A stretch of 15,422 bases of DNA. Origin: Candidatus Latescibacterota bacterium (lineage in GTDB: Bacteria > Latescibacterota > UBA2968 > UBA8231). This document shows, in pieces, positions 1 through 8,120 of this stretch. Position 1 is the stretch's first letter. Each line of letters begins with the position of its first letter. The stretch spans positions 1 through 15,422 of the forward strand of contig CBDBIJ010000047.1 of the NCBI GenBank assembly GCA_965205655.1, read 5' to 3'. The translations under genes were made by a program, and so were the position numbers. The notes under the pieces were generated by a model, which ran no database searches, was not told the origin of the DNA, and was given only the letters and a program-made list of their open reading frames with translations.

Positions 1-1801
1 AGCACTAAGATTGAAGTAGACGTGGTCCATCGCGGGATCGATGTCGAGGCACCTTTCGTAGGCATCGACGGCACGCTGGTAGTTGCCCTGCTCGTAGTGG
101 GCGAGTCCGAGATTGGCGTGGGCGCCGGCGTGCCTCGGGTCGAGCTCTATCGCTTTCTCGTAGTTGGTCACCGCGTCGGCGAGTCGACGTTTTCGATGGT
201 AGATCCCGCCGAGGTTGTTGTAGGTCTTGGGATAAGAGGGGTTCAGCTCGATCGCTTCGAGGTAGTAGAAAATCGATCGCTCCAAGTCTGACATTTTCTC
301 GTACACCCTGCCGAGGTTGTAGTAGCTCAGGTAGTAGCCGTCATCCCACTCTATGGCCTTCTCGTACTGATGAATCGCCTCGTCTATGAATCCGAGCTCC
401 TCGAACCTGATGCCCAGTTTGAGGTTGCGGTCGCCGGCGCGATGCGGATCGTTCTCCACCATCGCCTCGATCGCCTTTGCCGCTCGAACTGGAAACTGCT
501 GCAGCGCGATCCACGGAATGGTGTGAAAGAGACTGAGCGTCACGATGACCGTCGCCGTGTGGCTCGATATGCCCTCCGTATCGCCGCGATCGAACGACGA
601 GGAGGTAGGTTCCCATCAGCACCCAGGCTGGACTGTGGATGGACATGAGGTCCCAATCGAGGCTGCCGAGGAAGGGATTAACGACTCCCATCATGAAGAA
701 GCTGGCCACCCCACCGGCGACGAGCGCCTTGAGAAGAGGGTCATTAGCCTCATCGCGGCCGGAGGCTGGGTCTTTCGAAGACAGAAAAATCGCCACAAAG
801 AGGGCCATCCAGCCTGGGAGAGCCACGAGGATGCTCTCGTTGACGAGGTATAGAATATGCGCGGACGAGAGCAGGGTGTACGGTATATGCCCGCAAGACT
901 GAACCAGCGGAATCGCCGAAGTGGGACGGACGAGCTGGTAGAGAGCCCATCCGCCCAGAACGCTGGCCGCGATGAGAACGAACAGGCATCTTCGCCGCCA
1001 GACTGGACCCAGATGTCGATCCAGGCCATGTCGGTAGATGATGGCGTAAGCCAGTGCCGGCCCAACGAATAGGCCGAGCACGTGAAAGAATCCGAGGAGG
1101 AGGAGGAGAGTCGCCGGAAGCCACAGCCTTACCGAACCGGCGCTGTAGGTCACGACCCCCCACAGAAACAGTAGTTCGAGAGCCACAGTTGAGCTGTATA
1201 CCTCGATGTAGCCGCAGAAGAGCAGGACGAACCCGGATGTCGTCAGCGCGCCGAATAGCAATCCAGCTTCGGCGGCTGTGTGCGCCAGCCGGCGTGTGAT
1301 GCCGGCGGCGGCGATCAGAAAGAAAACACCGTAGAGGATGCTGGTCGCAGCGAAGCTCTGTGCCGGATCCGGGTTCCAGAGCCATTTGAACAAGCTGTGC
1401 AGGTAGAACCGGACGACTGTGTCGCCTCGGTACCACGGCGCAACGGGGGCTGATGCTCCATTGAGCTCGCTGAGCCTGACGGTCGCATCGCCAAAAATGG
1501 TGTGTTGGATCTGCAAACCGCAGAAAACGGCGATCCCCAGAACCACCGCAGCGGCAACGGCACACCCGAAGCGCCAGCGCAGAAGCCGGACCCGGCGGCC
1601 GAGTGACTTCGCGAACGCAAGGATTGTGGCGTCCTGCAGTGATGGCACCGCCAGCACCAGGACAAGGACGTAAAGGGCGATCTGATACGGCAGAGGAACG
1701 AATGAGAGGTGATGGCCGCCCCACAACAGCTCGGGCGCCGCCGCCGCGGCCAGGTGGAGACCGAGAACGACGACGACGAGCGCCCACACGGGACCCCTCA
1801 T
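1..1801 (-). CDS. Polytopic membrane protein (possible GT-C-fold glycosyltransferase) with C-terminal TPR repeats; one apparent frameshift at about 570-610; 3' end outside the window
   Basis: Within ORF 341..2179 the part from ATG 1801 (MRGPVWALVVVVLGLHL...) has about 10 or more hydrophobic segments. After about 570-610 a neighbouring frame, translated by hand and open to position 1, gives one more TM helix (TATVIVTLSLFHTIPWIAL) and then typical TPRs (EAIHQYEKAIEWDDGYYLSYYNLGRVY; YYLEAIELNPSYPKTYNNLGGIY; NYEKAIELDPRHAGAHANLGLAHYEQGNYQRAVDAYERCLDIDP). The start could instead be ATG 1861. The GT-C call is inferred from architecture only. Confidence 0.75.
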
Positions 1802-1827
1802 CGCATAGCTGTGGGGCAACGACGTCA

Positions 1828-3048
1828 CTATGTTCTGCCCATTCGATGTGACCCGAGACATCGCCACAGTAGCACAGCCGTGCCCACGGCGTACACAGCC
1901 AACGCGGCCAGAAGGGCGACCGAGAATCCCCACAGGTCGAACAGGAGGAGCGCTGCCGATTTTGCTGCGATGCCGGCCACGACGGCTGCCGCCGTCAACA
2001 CGAGCAGGTCGCGTTCCCGCCCGAGGACGATGAGGGCGGTGGCGAAGAAAAACCCGAGACCTTGCAACGGCAGGCTCCACACGAGAAGGCGGTAGAAGGG
2101 TATGGAAGCCTCGAACGCGCCACCGAGAAGGTAGGTGAGCGCGGGACCGCCGGCGACGAGAAGGACGACGGAGAGACACATGAGGCCGGCCGCGAGCGCA
2201 AACGTGTATGCCTTGAGCATGCGAGTCAGCCGCTCTTCTTCATCCAGGCTGGAGGTCAGATACGGGATGGCAGCGGAAGCGACGACGGCGGGAACGAAGA
2301 ACACACCTTCGACCCACTTGAAGGCGAGCATGAGGACGCTCACTGCGTCCAAGCCGGCCAGCCATTCGATGAGTACCGCATCGTTCCGATAGTGGAATTG
2401 TCCGAGGAAGAACAGTAGGACGAATGGCAAGATCGGCCTGACGAGCCGACGCCAGACGCCCGGCCATTCGGCAATCGTAGCCTTCATGGTCATACCGATT
2501 CGCGGGAGACAACCGAGCTGAATTCCGATGTGGACGATGGCCACGGCCACGAGCAGGATACTCGTCGCTGCCAGCGATGGCCTGCCTCGTACAACCAGCC
2601 ACAGACCGGTCAACAGCAGGACCTGCGAGGCCACACGGCTCAACACCGTCGGCCAAACCTGTCTCCGACCGATGAAGATGGCCCCCAGCACACCAGCGCC
2701 AGCCCTGATCAAAGCTGCCGCCGTCGTCAACGCTACCGGCCACCCGTGGAGGGGAATGAGTCCGAAGGTTACCACCGTCACGGATAGAGCGGACAACCAT
2801 AGGAAAGAGGGCAAGAGCTCCCTCGCCTCGTCGAACCGGGCCGCCGCCTCCCTGTTGACGTAGTGCTGAGCACCCCAATGGACGAGAATCTCCAGCAAGC
2901 TTCCCAGCGACAAGGCATAGAAGTAGAGTCCCAGCTCCTCGCGCTGCAGCCAGCGTCCGAGGCAGATGACGGTAACGGCAAGAGCTCCGTTGAAGAAGGC
3001 CTGGCTCCCCACCAGGGTCGCGGTCGAGCTACCGGGTCGCTGGGTCAT
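1828..3048 (-). CDS. Wzx-like oligosaccharide flippase (MOP superfamily, polysaccharide biosynthesis protein)
   Basis: 406 aa, almost entirely TM helices. N-terminal pattern LGRWLQREELGLYFYALSLGSLLEILVHWGAQHYVNREAA and second-half FHYRNDAVLIEWLAG resemble the Wzx signatures (R.L...eyG.y..a.s...D.G....vRe.a and y.r.D..ml). Confidence 0.8.
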   Translation of the reverse strand: MTQRPGSSTATLVGSQAFFNGALAVTVICLGRWLQREELGLYFYALSLGSLLEILVHWGAQHYVNREAAARFDEARELLPSFLWLSALSVTVVTFGLIPLHGWPVALTTAAALIRAGAGVLGAIFIGRRQVWPTVLSRVASQVLLLTGLWLVVRGRPSLAATSILLVAVAIVHIGIQLGCLPRIGMTMKATIAEWPGVWRRLVRPILPFVLLFFLGQFHYRNDAVLIEWLAGLDAVSVLMLAFKWVEGVFFVPAVVASAAIPYLTSSLDEEERLTRMLKAYTFALAAGLMCLSVVLLVAGGPALTYLLGGAFEASIPFYRLLVWSLPLQGLGFFFATALIVLGRERDLLVLTAAAVVAGIAAKSAALLLFDLWGFSVALLAALAVYAVGTAVLLWRCLGSHRMGRT

Positions 3049-3113
3049 GAGTCGGAATGTATGGGGATGAACCGCGGATGAACCATCCGGCTCACTGCGT
3101 ACAGACCGCCCTC

Positions 3114-4307
3114 ATGCCTTACCCTGCGCATGACCGGATTCTGGTCCTGTGCTGTAGAGATCGGCTGGACGAGGAACGCGGTCGGCTGTTGACCGAGACC
3201 GTGCGCTCCGATCCAGACTGGCATCGCCTGCTGCGCAAAGCCACCTACCACCGTCTCCTCGGTCTTATCAGGTATCATCTGAATCAAGTCGACTTGCTCT
3301 CCGCGGCGCCTGTTCATGTGGGCGAACACCTGCAAAGACACGACACCGAGTTCGCTGCAGCGCGTGACCGCCAGCGAAAAACCCTCACCAGCTGCCTGGA
3401 CGCCTTCGTCACCGACGACATCGAGTTCATCCTTCTCAAGGGACCGGTCCTGCAGGAGCTCTATCCAGTGGGGGTTTTTCGGCCCTCCGGTGACATCGAC
3501 TTCCTGGTTCGGGAGCGAAAGCTGGGCAGGGTTCGCGCCGCTCTGGAGAGCGCCGGATTCCGGTCGGGAACCCGCGCACCATTTGAGCTCAGCGAACTCG
3601 AAGCGATCGAGTTCGCCCAGTACTTCGAACAGTTTCGTTTCCTTCGCGAGCACTTCACCGAAGTTGAGCTCCACTTCAGACTCTACAACTATGGCGTGCC
3701 CGATCCGGTTGAAGAGGTCTGGCAACGAAAACGCGAGCAGGTTATTGACGGCCGTCCTGTCTCTGGTCTGTCACTCGAGGATCAATTCCTCTATCTGGTT
3801 ACGCACCTGAATCTACACGCCTTCGGCCGCATGCTGTGGTACTACGACGTCGCCGCTTTCTACTGGAAGTGGAAGGACTCCATCCACTGGGAAGCCCTGG
3901 CCGATCGCGCTCGCACTCGCGGCATCGGCTCATCGTTCTACCATTCGCTTACGTGGATCTTGCAGCTCCTCCATCCCGAACGGCCACTGCCGGATCTCGA
4001 CGCCCTCAAACCGTCAGCGCTCAGAAGGCGCCTCTTCAGTATGGCCTGGAGGAAGCGCGACTTCGTCGCTCTCAGATCCTACATACGCCCTTTCGACGCC
4101 GCGATGTACTACCTGTTGGCCTGCGCGACGCCGTTTAGAAACAAACTACGGTATCTGGTGAGAGTTCTCTTTCCGCCGCTTTCGTGGGTAGCGGCGCACC
4201 TCGACGCCGACCCCTCCATAGGATTGATCTGGCGCTACCTTCGTAAGCGGCGGCGCGAACGCCGTGACTGGAACCGGGTGACCAGAAAGGACGAGCTCCT
4301 CGGTTGA
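3114..4307 (+). CDS. Uncharacterised nucleotidyltransferase family protein (NTP_transf_5-like)
   Basis: Motifs DWHRLLRKATYHRL, ILLKGPVLQELYP, RPSGDIDFLV (DxD), VELHFRL and YLVTHLNLH...WYYDV match this family. ATG 3114 is preferred; in-frame ATGs also exist at 3057 and 3078. Confidence 0.85.
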   Translation: MPYPAHDRILVLCCRDRLDEERGRLLTETVRSDPDWHRLLRKATYHRLLGLIRYHLNQVDLLSAAPVHVGEHLQRHDTEFAAARDRQRKTLTSCLDAFVTDDIEFILLKGPVLQELYPVGVFRPSGDIDFLVRERKLGRVRAALESAGFRSGTRAPFELSELEAIEFAQYFEQFRFLREHFTEVELHFRLYNYGVPDPVEEVWQRKREQVIDGRPVSGLSLEDQFLYLVTHLNLHAFGRMLWYYDVAAFYWKWKDSIHWEALADRARTRGIGSSFYHSLTWILQLLHPERPLPDLDALKPSALRRRLFSMAWRKRDFVALRSYIRPFDAAMYYLLACATPFRNKLRYLVRVLFPPLSWVAAHLDADPSIGLIWRYLRKRRRERRDWNRVTRKDELLG

Positions 4308-4336
4308 ACGTCGAGGCACCGGGCTACACTATGTCG

Positions 4337-5140
4337 TCACTCTCTTTCAGTGCCCAATCCCAACAGCGTCACGCCCAGGGCGATGAAGGCGATCGTCAAA
4401 ACGGGAAAGGTGTACCACCACCACAAACCGTTCAGCAATCCGCCGCGCAGAAATGCGTGATTGAGTATGAGACCGAGACTCTTCTCGGACGGGTCCCCCA
4501 ATCCCAGAAAACTCAACCCCGCCTCCGTGAGAATGGCTTCCGGCACAGCCGTGATGAATCTCGCCACGGCCACGTGCAGAACGTTTGGCAGGAGGTGCCG
4601 GAGCAACACTCTGAGATTCCCGAACCCCATCGCCTGTGCCGCTTCGATAAACGGCATCTCGCGCACCTGCAGGGCCTTGGCGCGAACTGCCCTCGCTGTG
4701 CCCGTCCACCAGATGAGGCCGATGACAAACGCAATGCTCCAGAAACTTGGACCGGTGTAGGCCACAAGAACGATCATAAGGGGCAGAGCCGGCACGAGCA
4801 TGAGCGTATCCGTGATCGCCATGAGACAGTCGTCGATCGGGCCGCGAAAATAGCCGGCCATCATACCTATGCTCGTGCCGATCAGGGTAGCAAGGCCGGC
4901 TGCTGCCAGGCCGACGATCAACGACACCCGCACACCGTACAGGATTTCGCTGAGAATGTCCTGGCCGATGTCGTTCGTGCCGAGAAGGTGCGCTGCGCTC
5001 GGTGAACCGTAGGGACGGCCGCTCGGCGCCCACGGGTCGTGGGGTGCGAGCCATCCCGCAAACAGGCCGCCGGCGATGGCCGCCAGCAGCAGCGCCGCAC
5101 CCAACCTGCTTTCCGCGCTATCCAGCCTCAGGGCAATCAC
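4337..5140 (-). CDS. ABC transporter permease, DppC/OppC/NikC type
   Basis: 267 aa with HLLGTNDIGQDILSEILYGVRVSL, EAA loop FIEAAQAMG, RHLLPN and EAGLSFLGLG. The GTG start overlaps the upstream gene's stop (GTGA, 5137-5140). Confidence 0.93.
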   Translation of the reverse strand: MIALRLDSAESRLGAALLLAAIAGGLFAGWLAPHDPWAPSGRPYGSPSAAHLLGTNDIGQDILSEILYGVRVSLIVGLAAAGLATLIGTSIGMMAGYFRGPIDDCLMAITDTLMLVPALPLMIVLVAYTGPSFWSIAFVIGLIWWTGTARAVRAKALQVREMPFIEAAQAMGFGNLRVLLRHLLPNVLHVAVARFITAVPEAILTEAGLSFLGLGDPSEKSLGLILNHAFLRGGLLNGLWWWYTFPVLTIAFIALGVTLLGLGTERE

Positions 5141-6102
5141 GATGGTTGGCGCACTCGGGGATCGAGGATGCCGTAGGCCAGGTCTGCGAGGTAGTTGGCC
5201 GCCAGGACGCTGAGCGTGAGAAGGAGGAAGCAGGCCTGCAGTAGGGGATAATCGCGACCGTCGACGGCGCTGAGAATAAGCGTTCCCATACCCGGCCAGG
5301 AGAACACGATTTCCACCAGGAGAGCGCCTGATACCGAGAATCCCAGACCCAACCCCACGAGGGTCAAGAAGGGTAGCAGCGCGTGGCGGAAAGCGTGGCG
5401 GAAGAGGACAGCTCGCTCCGACAACCCTCGTGCTCGCGCCGTGACGACGAAGGCGCTCGACTTCAGATCGGCGATGTCATTGCGCAAAACCAGATAGTAC
5501 TGGGCGGCGTTGAACAGACTGAGAACGAGAATTGGCAGAGCCGCGTGCCAGGCGACCTCGAGCGCTCCTGTCACATCCTCCCGACCGCCGGCGATCCCGC
5601 CTATCGGGAACAGCCCGAGCTGAAATCCGAATATCATGAGGGCCACCATGGCCAGCCCGTACTGGGGGAGAGACTTGACGAAAAGCACCCCTAGCGTGAC
5701 GGCCCGCTCCCAGCGCTCTCCCCTCCCCCACCCTGCGAACGAACCAGCGAGCGCTGCTGTGGCCGCGCCCAGCAACAGGCTCGGCAGCACGAGGAGGAGC
5801 GTCCATTTGAGGCGACGGGTCACCGTCTCCGCAACGGGCGCTCTGTAGCGAAAGGAGTAGCCGAGGTCGCCGCGCACGAGGTTCGAGACGTAGCGTCCGA
5901 ATTGAATATGGAGTGGCTCGTCGAGACCGTACTTCGCCTTCAGCCGGGCGGCGAGCTGCGGGAAGCGAGCGTAGTCTTCGGCCCCCATGATGTGAACGAC
6001 CGGATCACCCGGCATGAGTCGTGGCAGCAGAAAATTCAACGCCACGACCACCGCCGCGCTGATGACGTATCGCAAAGTCTTCGTGAAGACGACGCCCCTC
6101 AT
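5137..6102 (-). CDS. ABC transporter permease, DppB/OppB/NikB type
   Basis: 321 aa with PRLMPGDP, YGLDEPLHIQF, GDLGYS, TARARGL, VEIVFSWPGMG, RDYPLLQ and DLAYGILDPRVR. Confidence 0.95.
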   Translation of the reverse strand: MRGVVFTKTLRYVISAAVVVALNFLLPRLMPGDPVVHIMGAEDYARFPQLAARLKAKYGLDEPLHIQFGRYVSNLVRGDLGYSFRYRAPVAETVTRRLKWTLLLVLPSLLLGAATAALAGSFAGWGRGERWERAVTLGVLFVKSLPQYGLAMVALMIFGFQLGLFPIGGIAGGREDVTGALEVAWHAALPILVLSLFNAAQYYLVLRNDIADLKSSAFVVTARARGLSERAVLFRHAFRHALLPFLTLVGLGLGFSVSGALLVEIVFSWPGMGTLILSAVDGRDYPLLQACFLLLTLSVLAANYLADLAYGILDPRVRQPS

Positions 6103-6124
6103 AGTGGTCTAAGCTGTTCCGGGC

Positions 6125-7816
6125 TTAGCCGAAGCGTCGCCGTCGCCACCCCGCCACTACCAGCGCGGTCGCCGCGAGGGCGAGCGGCAGGACCCAATAA
6201 CGGCTGGACGATGGGTCGTCAATCGCCGGACTCTCGCTGACCGGCTGCAGCGAAAACCATGAGTCGTAGTTGGGAATTCCGTAACCGGCCATGTCTCGCC
6301 ATCCGACGAATCGGTCCTCACGAAAGACGTACGCCTTCTCACCCCAGATCAGAGCCAGCCCGGGTAGATGGGCGACGTTGTAGAACTGGGACTCCCATAC
6401 GGCCTTGAGATACGCTGTCTCGTCACCGGCATGGGTGATGCGATCGAGGATAGCGAAGTAGCTCGAATCCTCGAAGGTGCCGTAGGAAAAATCGCGGTAA
6501 TTGGCGAAATACACATGGCCGCCATCTCGCGTGCTGGCGTGCGTGGCGTGGCCGACGTACACGGTGTATGCTCGCTCTTCCCACAGGAGCTGGTACTCCT
6601 GCTCCCCCACATATTTCGTCAATTTTGCTCTGACGCCCAGCTGCCCAAGCTGGTAAACGATCAGTTCCACCGCTCGAATCGCATTGCCCGGGTCCTGCCA
6701 GGTCTCGGGAATAATCTCGAGAGTGAAGGGTGACCCATCCACATCCTCCCGCACACCGTCGCCATCCACGTCCGCGAACCCGAGCGAATCGAGCAGCGCC
6801 GCAGCTCGCTGCGGATCGTGCCGCAAGCGGGGCGTCGGCCCTCCAAAGGTCCACAGAGCGGGGGGCACAAAGCCCAGTTCCGGGATGCGACCGCGCCCCC
6901 TCACGATCGCTTCGATCAATGCCGCCGAGTCCACCGCGTGCGACATGGCGCGGCGAAAGGCGGGAATCGAGGCGGGATGGGTGTTGTAGTTAAATACCAT
7001 GGTGAGAGGTACGCCCGAATCTTCGACAATGGAGAGGCCGACTCCCTCGGCGCCGGTGACACTTGGTAAGTACGACTGGGGCACGTGATTCGACGGCCCC
7101 ATAACGACATCGATCTCTCCGCGTTTGAGCGCCAGAAGGAGGGCGTCAGTGGAGCCGAAGTACCGGATCCGGAGCTCGTCGATGGCCGTCTCCCCGCCGA
7201 AGAAGCCATCCACCCTGCGCAGCGTGGCGATGCGGGCATCGGCGTCGTATTGGCTCAAAGCGAAGGGACCGCTGCCGACCATGGCGAGATCCCCCTGGAA
7301 GGCGCCCGGCTCCTCCACCGATTCCCATATGTGCTGGGGCAGAATCTTCGGCCACGGGAAGAACATGGATTGGTAGTACGCCACCGACTCGGTGAAGGAA
7401 ATCCTTGCCGTGACCTCGTCGAGGGCCTCTGCCTTTTCCAGAAACCGCCACACCTGACCGATCAGCTCCTTCTCTTTGAGATATTCCATGGTAAAGGCGA
7501 CGTCGGCGGCGGTGAGAGGCCGTCCATCGTGCCACCGCGCGCCCCGATGGAGGCGGAAGGTGATGGATCGATTGTCCTCGGAGACCTCCCACGCCTCGGC
7601 CAGACACGGACCGAAGCTGGCGTCGGGCGCGCGGTAGGTTATGAGGGGCATGTGGAGGAAACCGGTGTACCCCGTGCCGTACCAGAACCCTTCCGTGACG
7701 ACAGGGGAAAGGGGTTCGAGCTCGGTAATGGTGCCGGCTCGGAGGACGACGGTGGCCCAGCACGCCTCCATAGCCAGATGGAGCAGCACTGTCCCAAGCA
7801 GAATCATCAACGGCAT
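6125..7816 (-). CDS. ABC transporter substrate-binding protein, family 5 (peptide/nickel class), with N-terminal signal peptide and C-terminal TM anchor
   Basis: Motifs PCLAEAWEVSED..ITFRLH..ARWHDGRPLTAADVAFT, VGSGPF, LKRGEID and FRRAMSHAVD. Hydrophobic signal MPLMILLGTVLLHLAMEACWA follows ATG 7816 (ATG 7807 is also possible; the track's TTG 7924 adds a non-signal-like extension). Ends YWVLPLALAATALVVAGWRRRRFG. Confidence 0.92.
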   Translation of the reverse strand: MPLMILLGTVLLHLAMEACWATVVLRAGTITELEPLSPVVTEGFWYGTGYTGFLHMPLITYRAPDASFGPCLAEAWEVSEDNRSITFRLHRGARWHDGRPLTAADVAFTMEYLKEKELIGQVWRFLEKAEALDEVTARISFTESVAYYQSMFFPWPKILPQHIWESVEEPGAFQGDLAMVGSGPFALSQYDADARIATLRRVDGFFGGETAIDELRIRYFGSTDALLLALKRGEIDVVMGPSNHVPQSYLPSVTGAEGVGLSIVEDSGVPLTMVFNYNTHPASIPAFRRAMSHAVDSAALIEAIVRGRGRIPELGFVPPALWTFGGPTPRLRHDPQRAAALLDSLGFADVDGDGVREDVDGSPFTLEIIPETWQDPGNAIRAVELIVYQLGQLGVRAKLTKYVGEQEYQLLWEERAYTVYVGHATHASTRDGGHVYFANYRDFSYGTFEDSSYFAILDRITHAGDETAYLKAVWESQFYNVAHLPGLALIWGEKAYVFREDRFVGWRDMAGYGIPNYDSWFSLQPVSESPAIDDPSSSRYWVLPLALAATALVVAGWRRRRFG

Positions 7817-8057
7817 CTGCAACCGCCAGCTCGTTGGAGCATGTGTGACTTTCAATAGAAAGGTCGAGGAGTGAGTACTTGCCCTCTTCGACTGTGTTCG
7901 CCGCATCCTGGTAGATTCGTCCAACCTTTTGGAACGAGAGTCTCGGGAAGCGGTCCTCCTCCAAGGCGGCGTGGTCGACGTGTGCGACGGTCGTGAACGG
8001 AGGATCGGTCACTTCCCCTCGCTTTGGCTACAACCCCAAATTACCGCCTAAAGCAGA

Positions 8058-8089
8058 AGGCGCATCCACTCCTGCGGTGGAATGCGCCT
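8058..8089 (-). terminator. Stem-loop after the TonB-dependent receptor (weak intrinsic terminator or mRNA-stabilising hairpin)
   Basis: On the minus strand AGGCGCATTCCAC-cgcagga-GTGGATGCGCCT forms a 12-bp stem with one bulged base, followed by TCTGCTTT, about 30 nt past the stop at 8121. The U tract is imperfect. Confidence 0.55.
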
Positions 8090-8120
8090 CGCCTTGTTGA
8101 ATCGCCGATACCGCCAGGTC

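Noticed and set aside
1862..2179. N-terminal extension of the 612-aa ORF
   Set aside because: Arg/Pro-rich out-of-frame read of the flippase 3' end; the hydrophobic protein begins at 1801 or 1861.
3114..4307. Lasso-peptide/RiPP cluster suggested by the nucleotidyltransferase
   Set aside because: No precursor, RRE/PqqD, B2 peptidase or asparagine-synthetase-like cyclase in the window.
6734..6772. DVDGDGVREDVDG loop as evidence of lanthanide or calcium cargo
   Set aside because: Dx[DN]xDG loops are common at this position in family-5 SBPs and do not indicate the substrate.
7146..8012. 288-aa minus-strand ORF with a purine-rich stretch before its GTG
   Set aside because: Mostly overlaps the SBP out of frame with low-complexity Arg/Gly/Pro sequence and no recognisable domain. 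A short frameshifted gene in 7820-8012 cannot be fully excluded.
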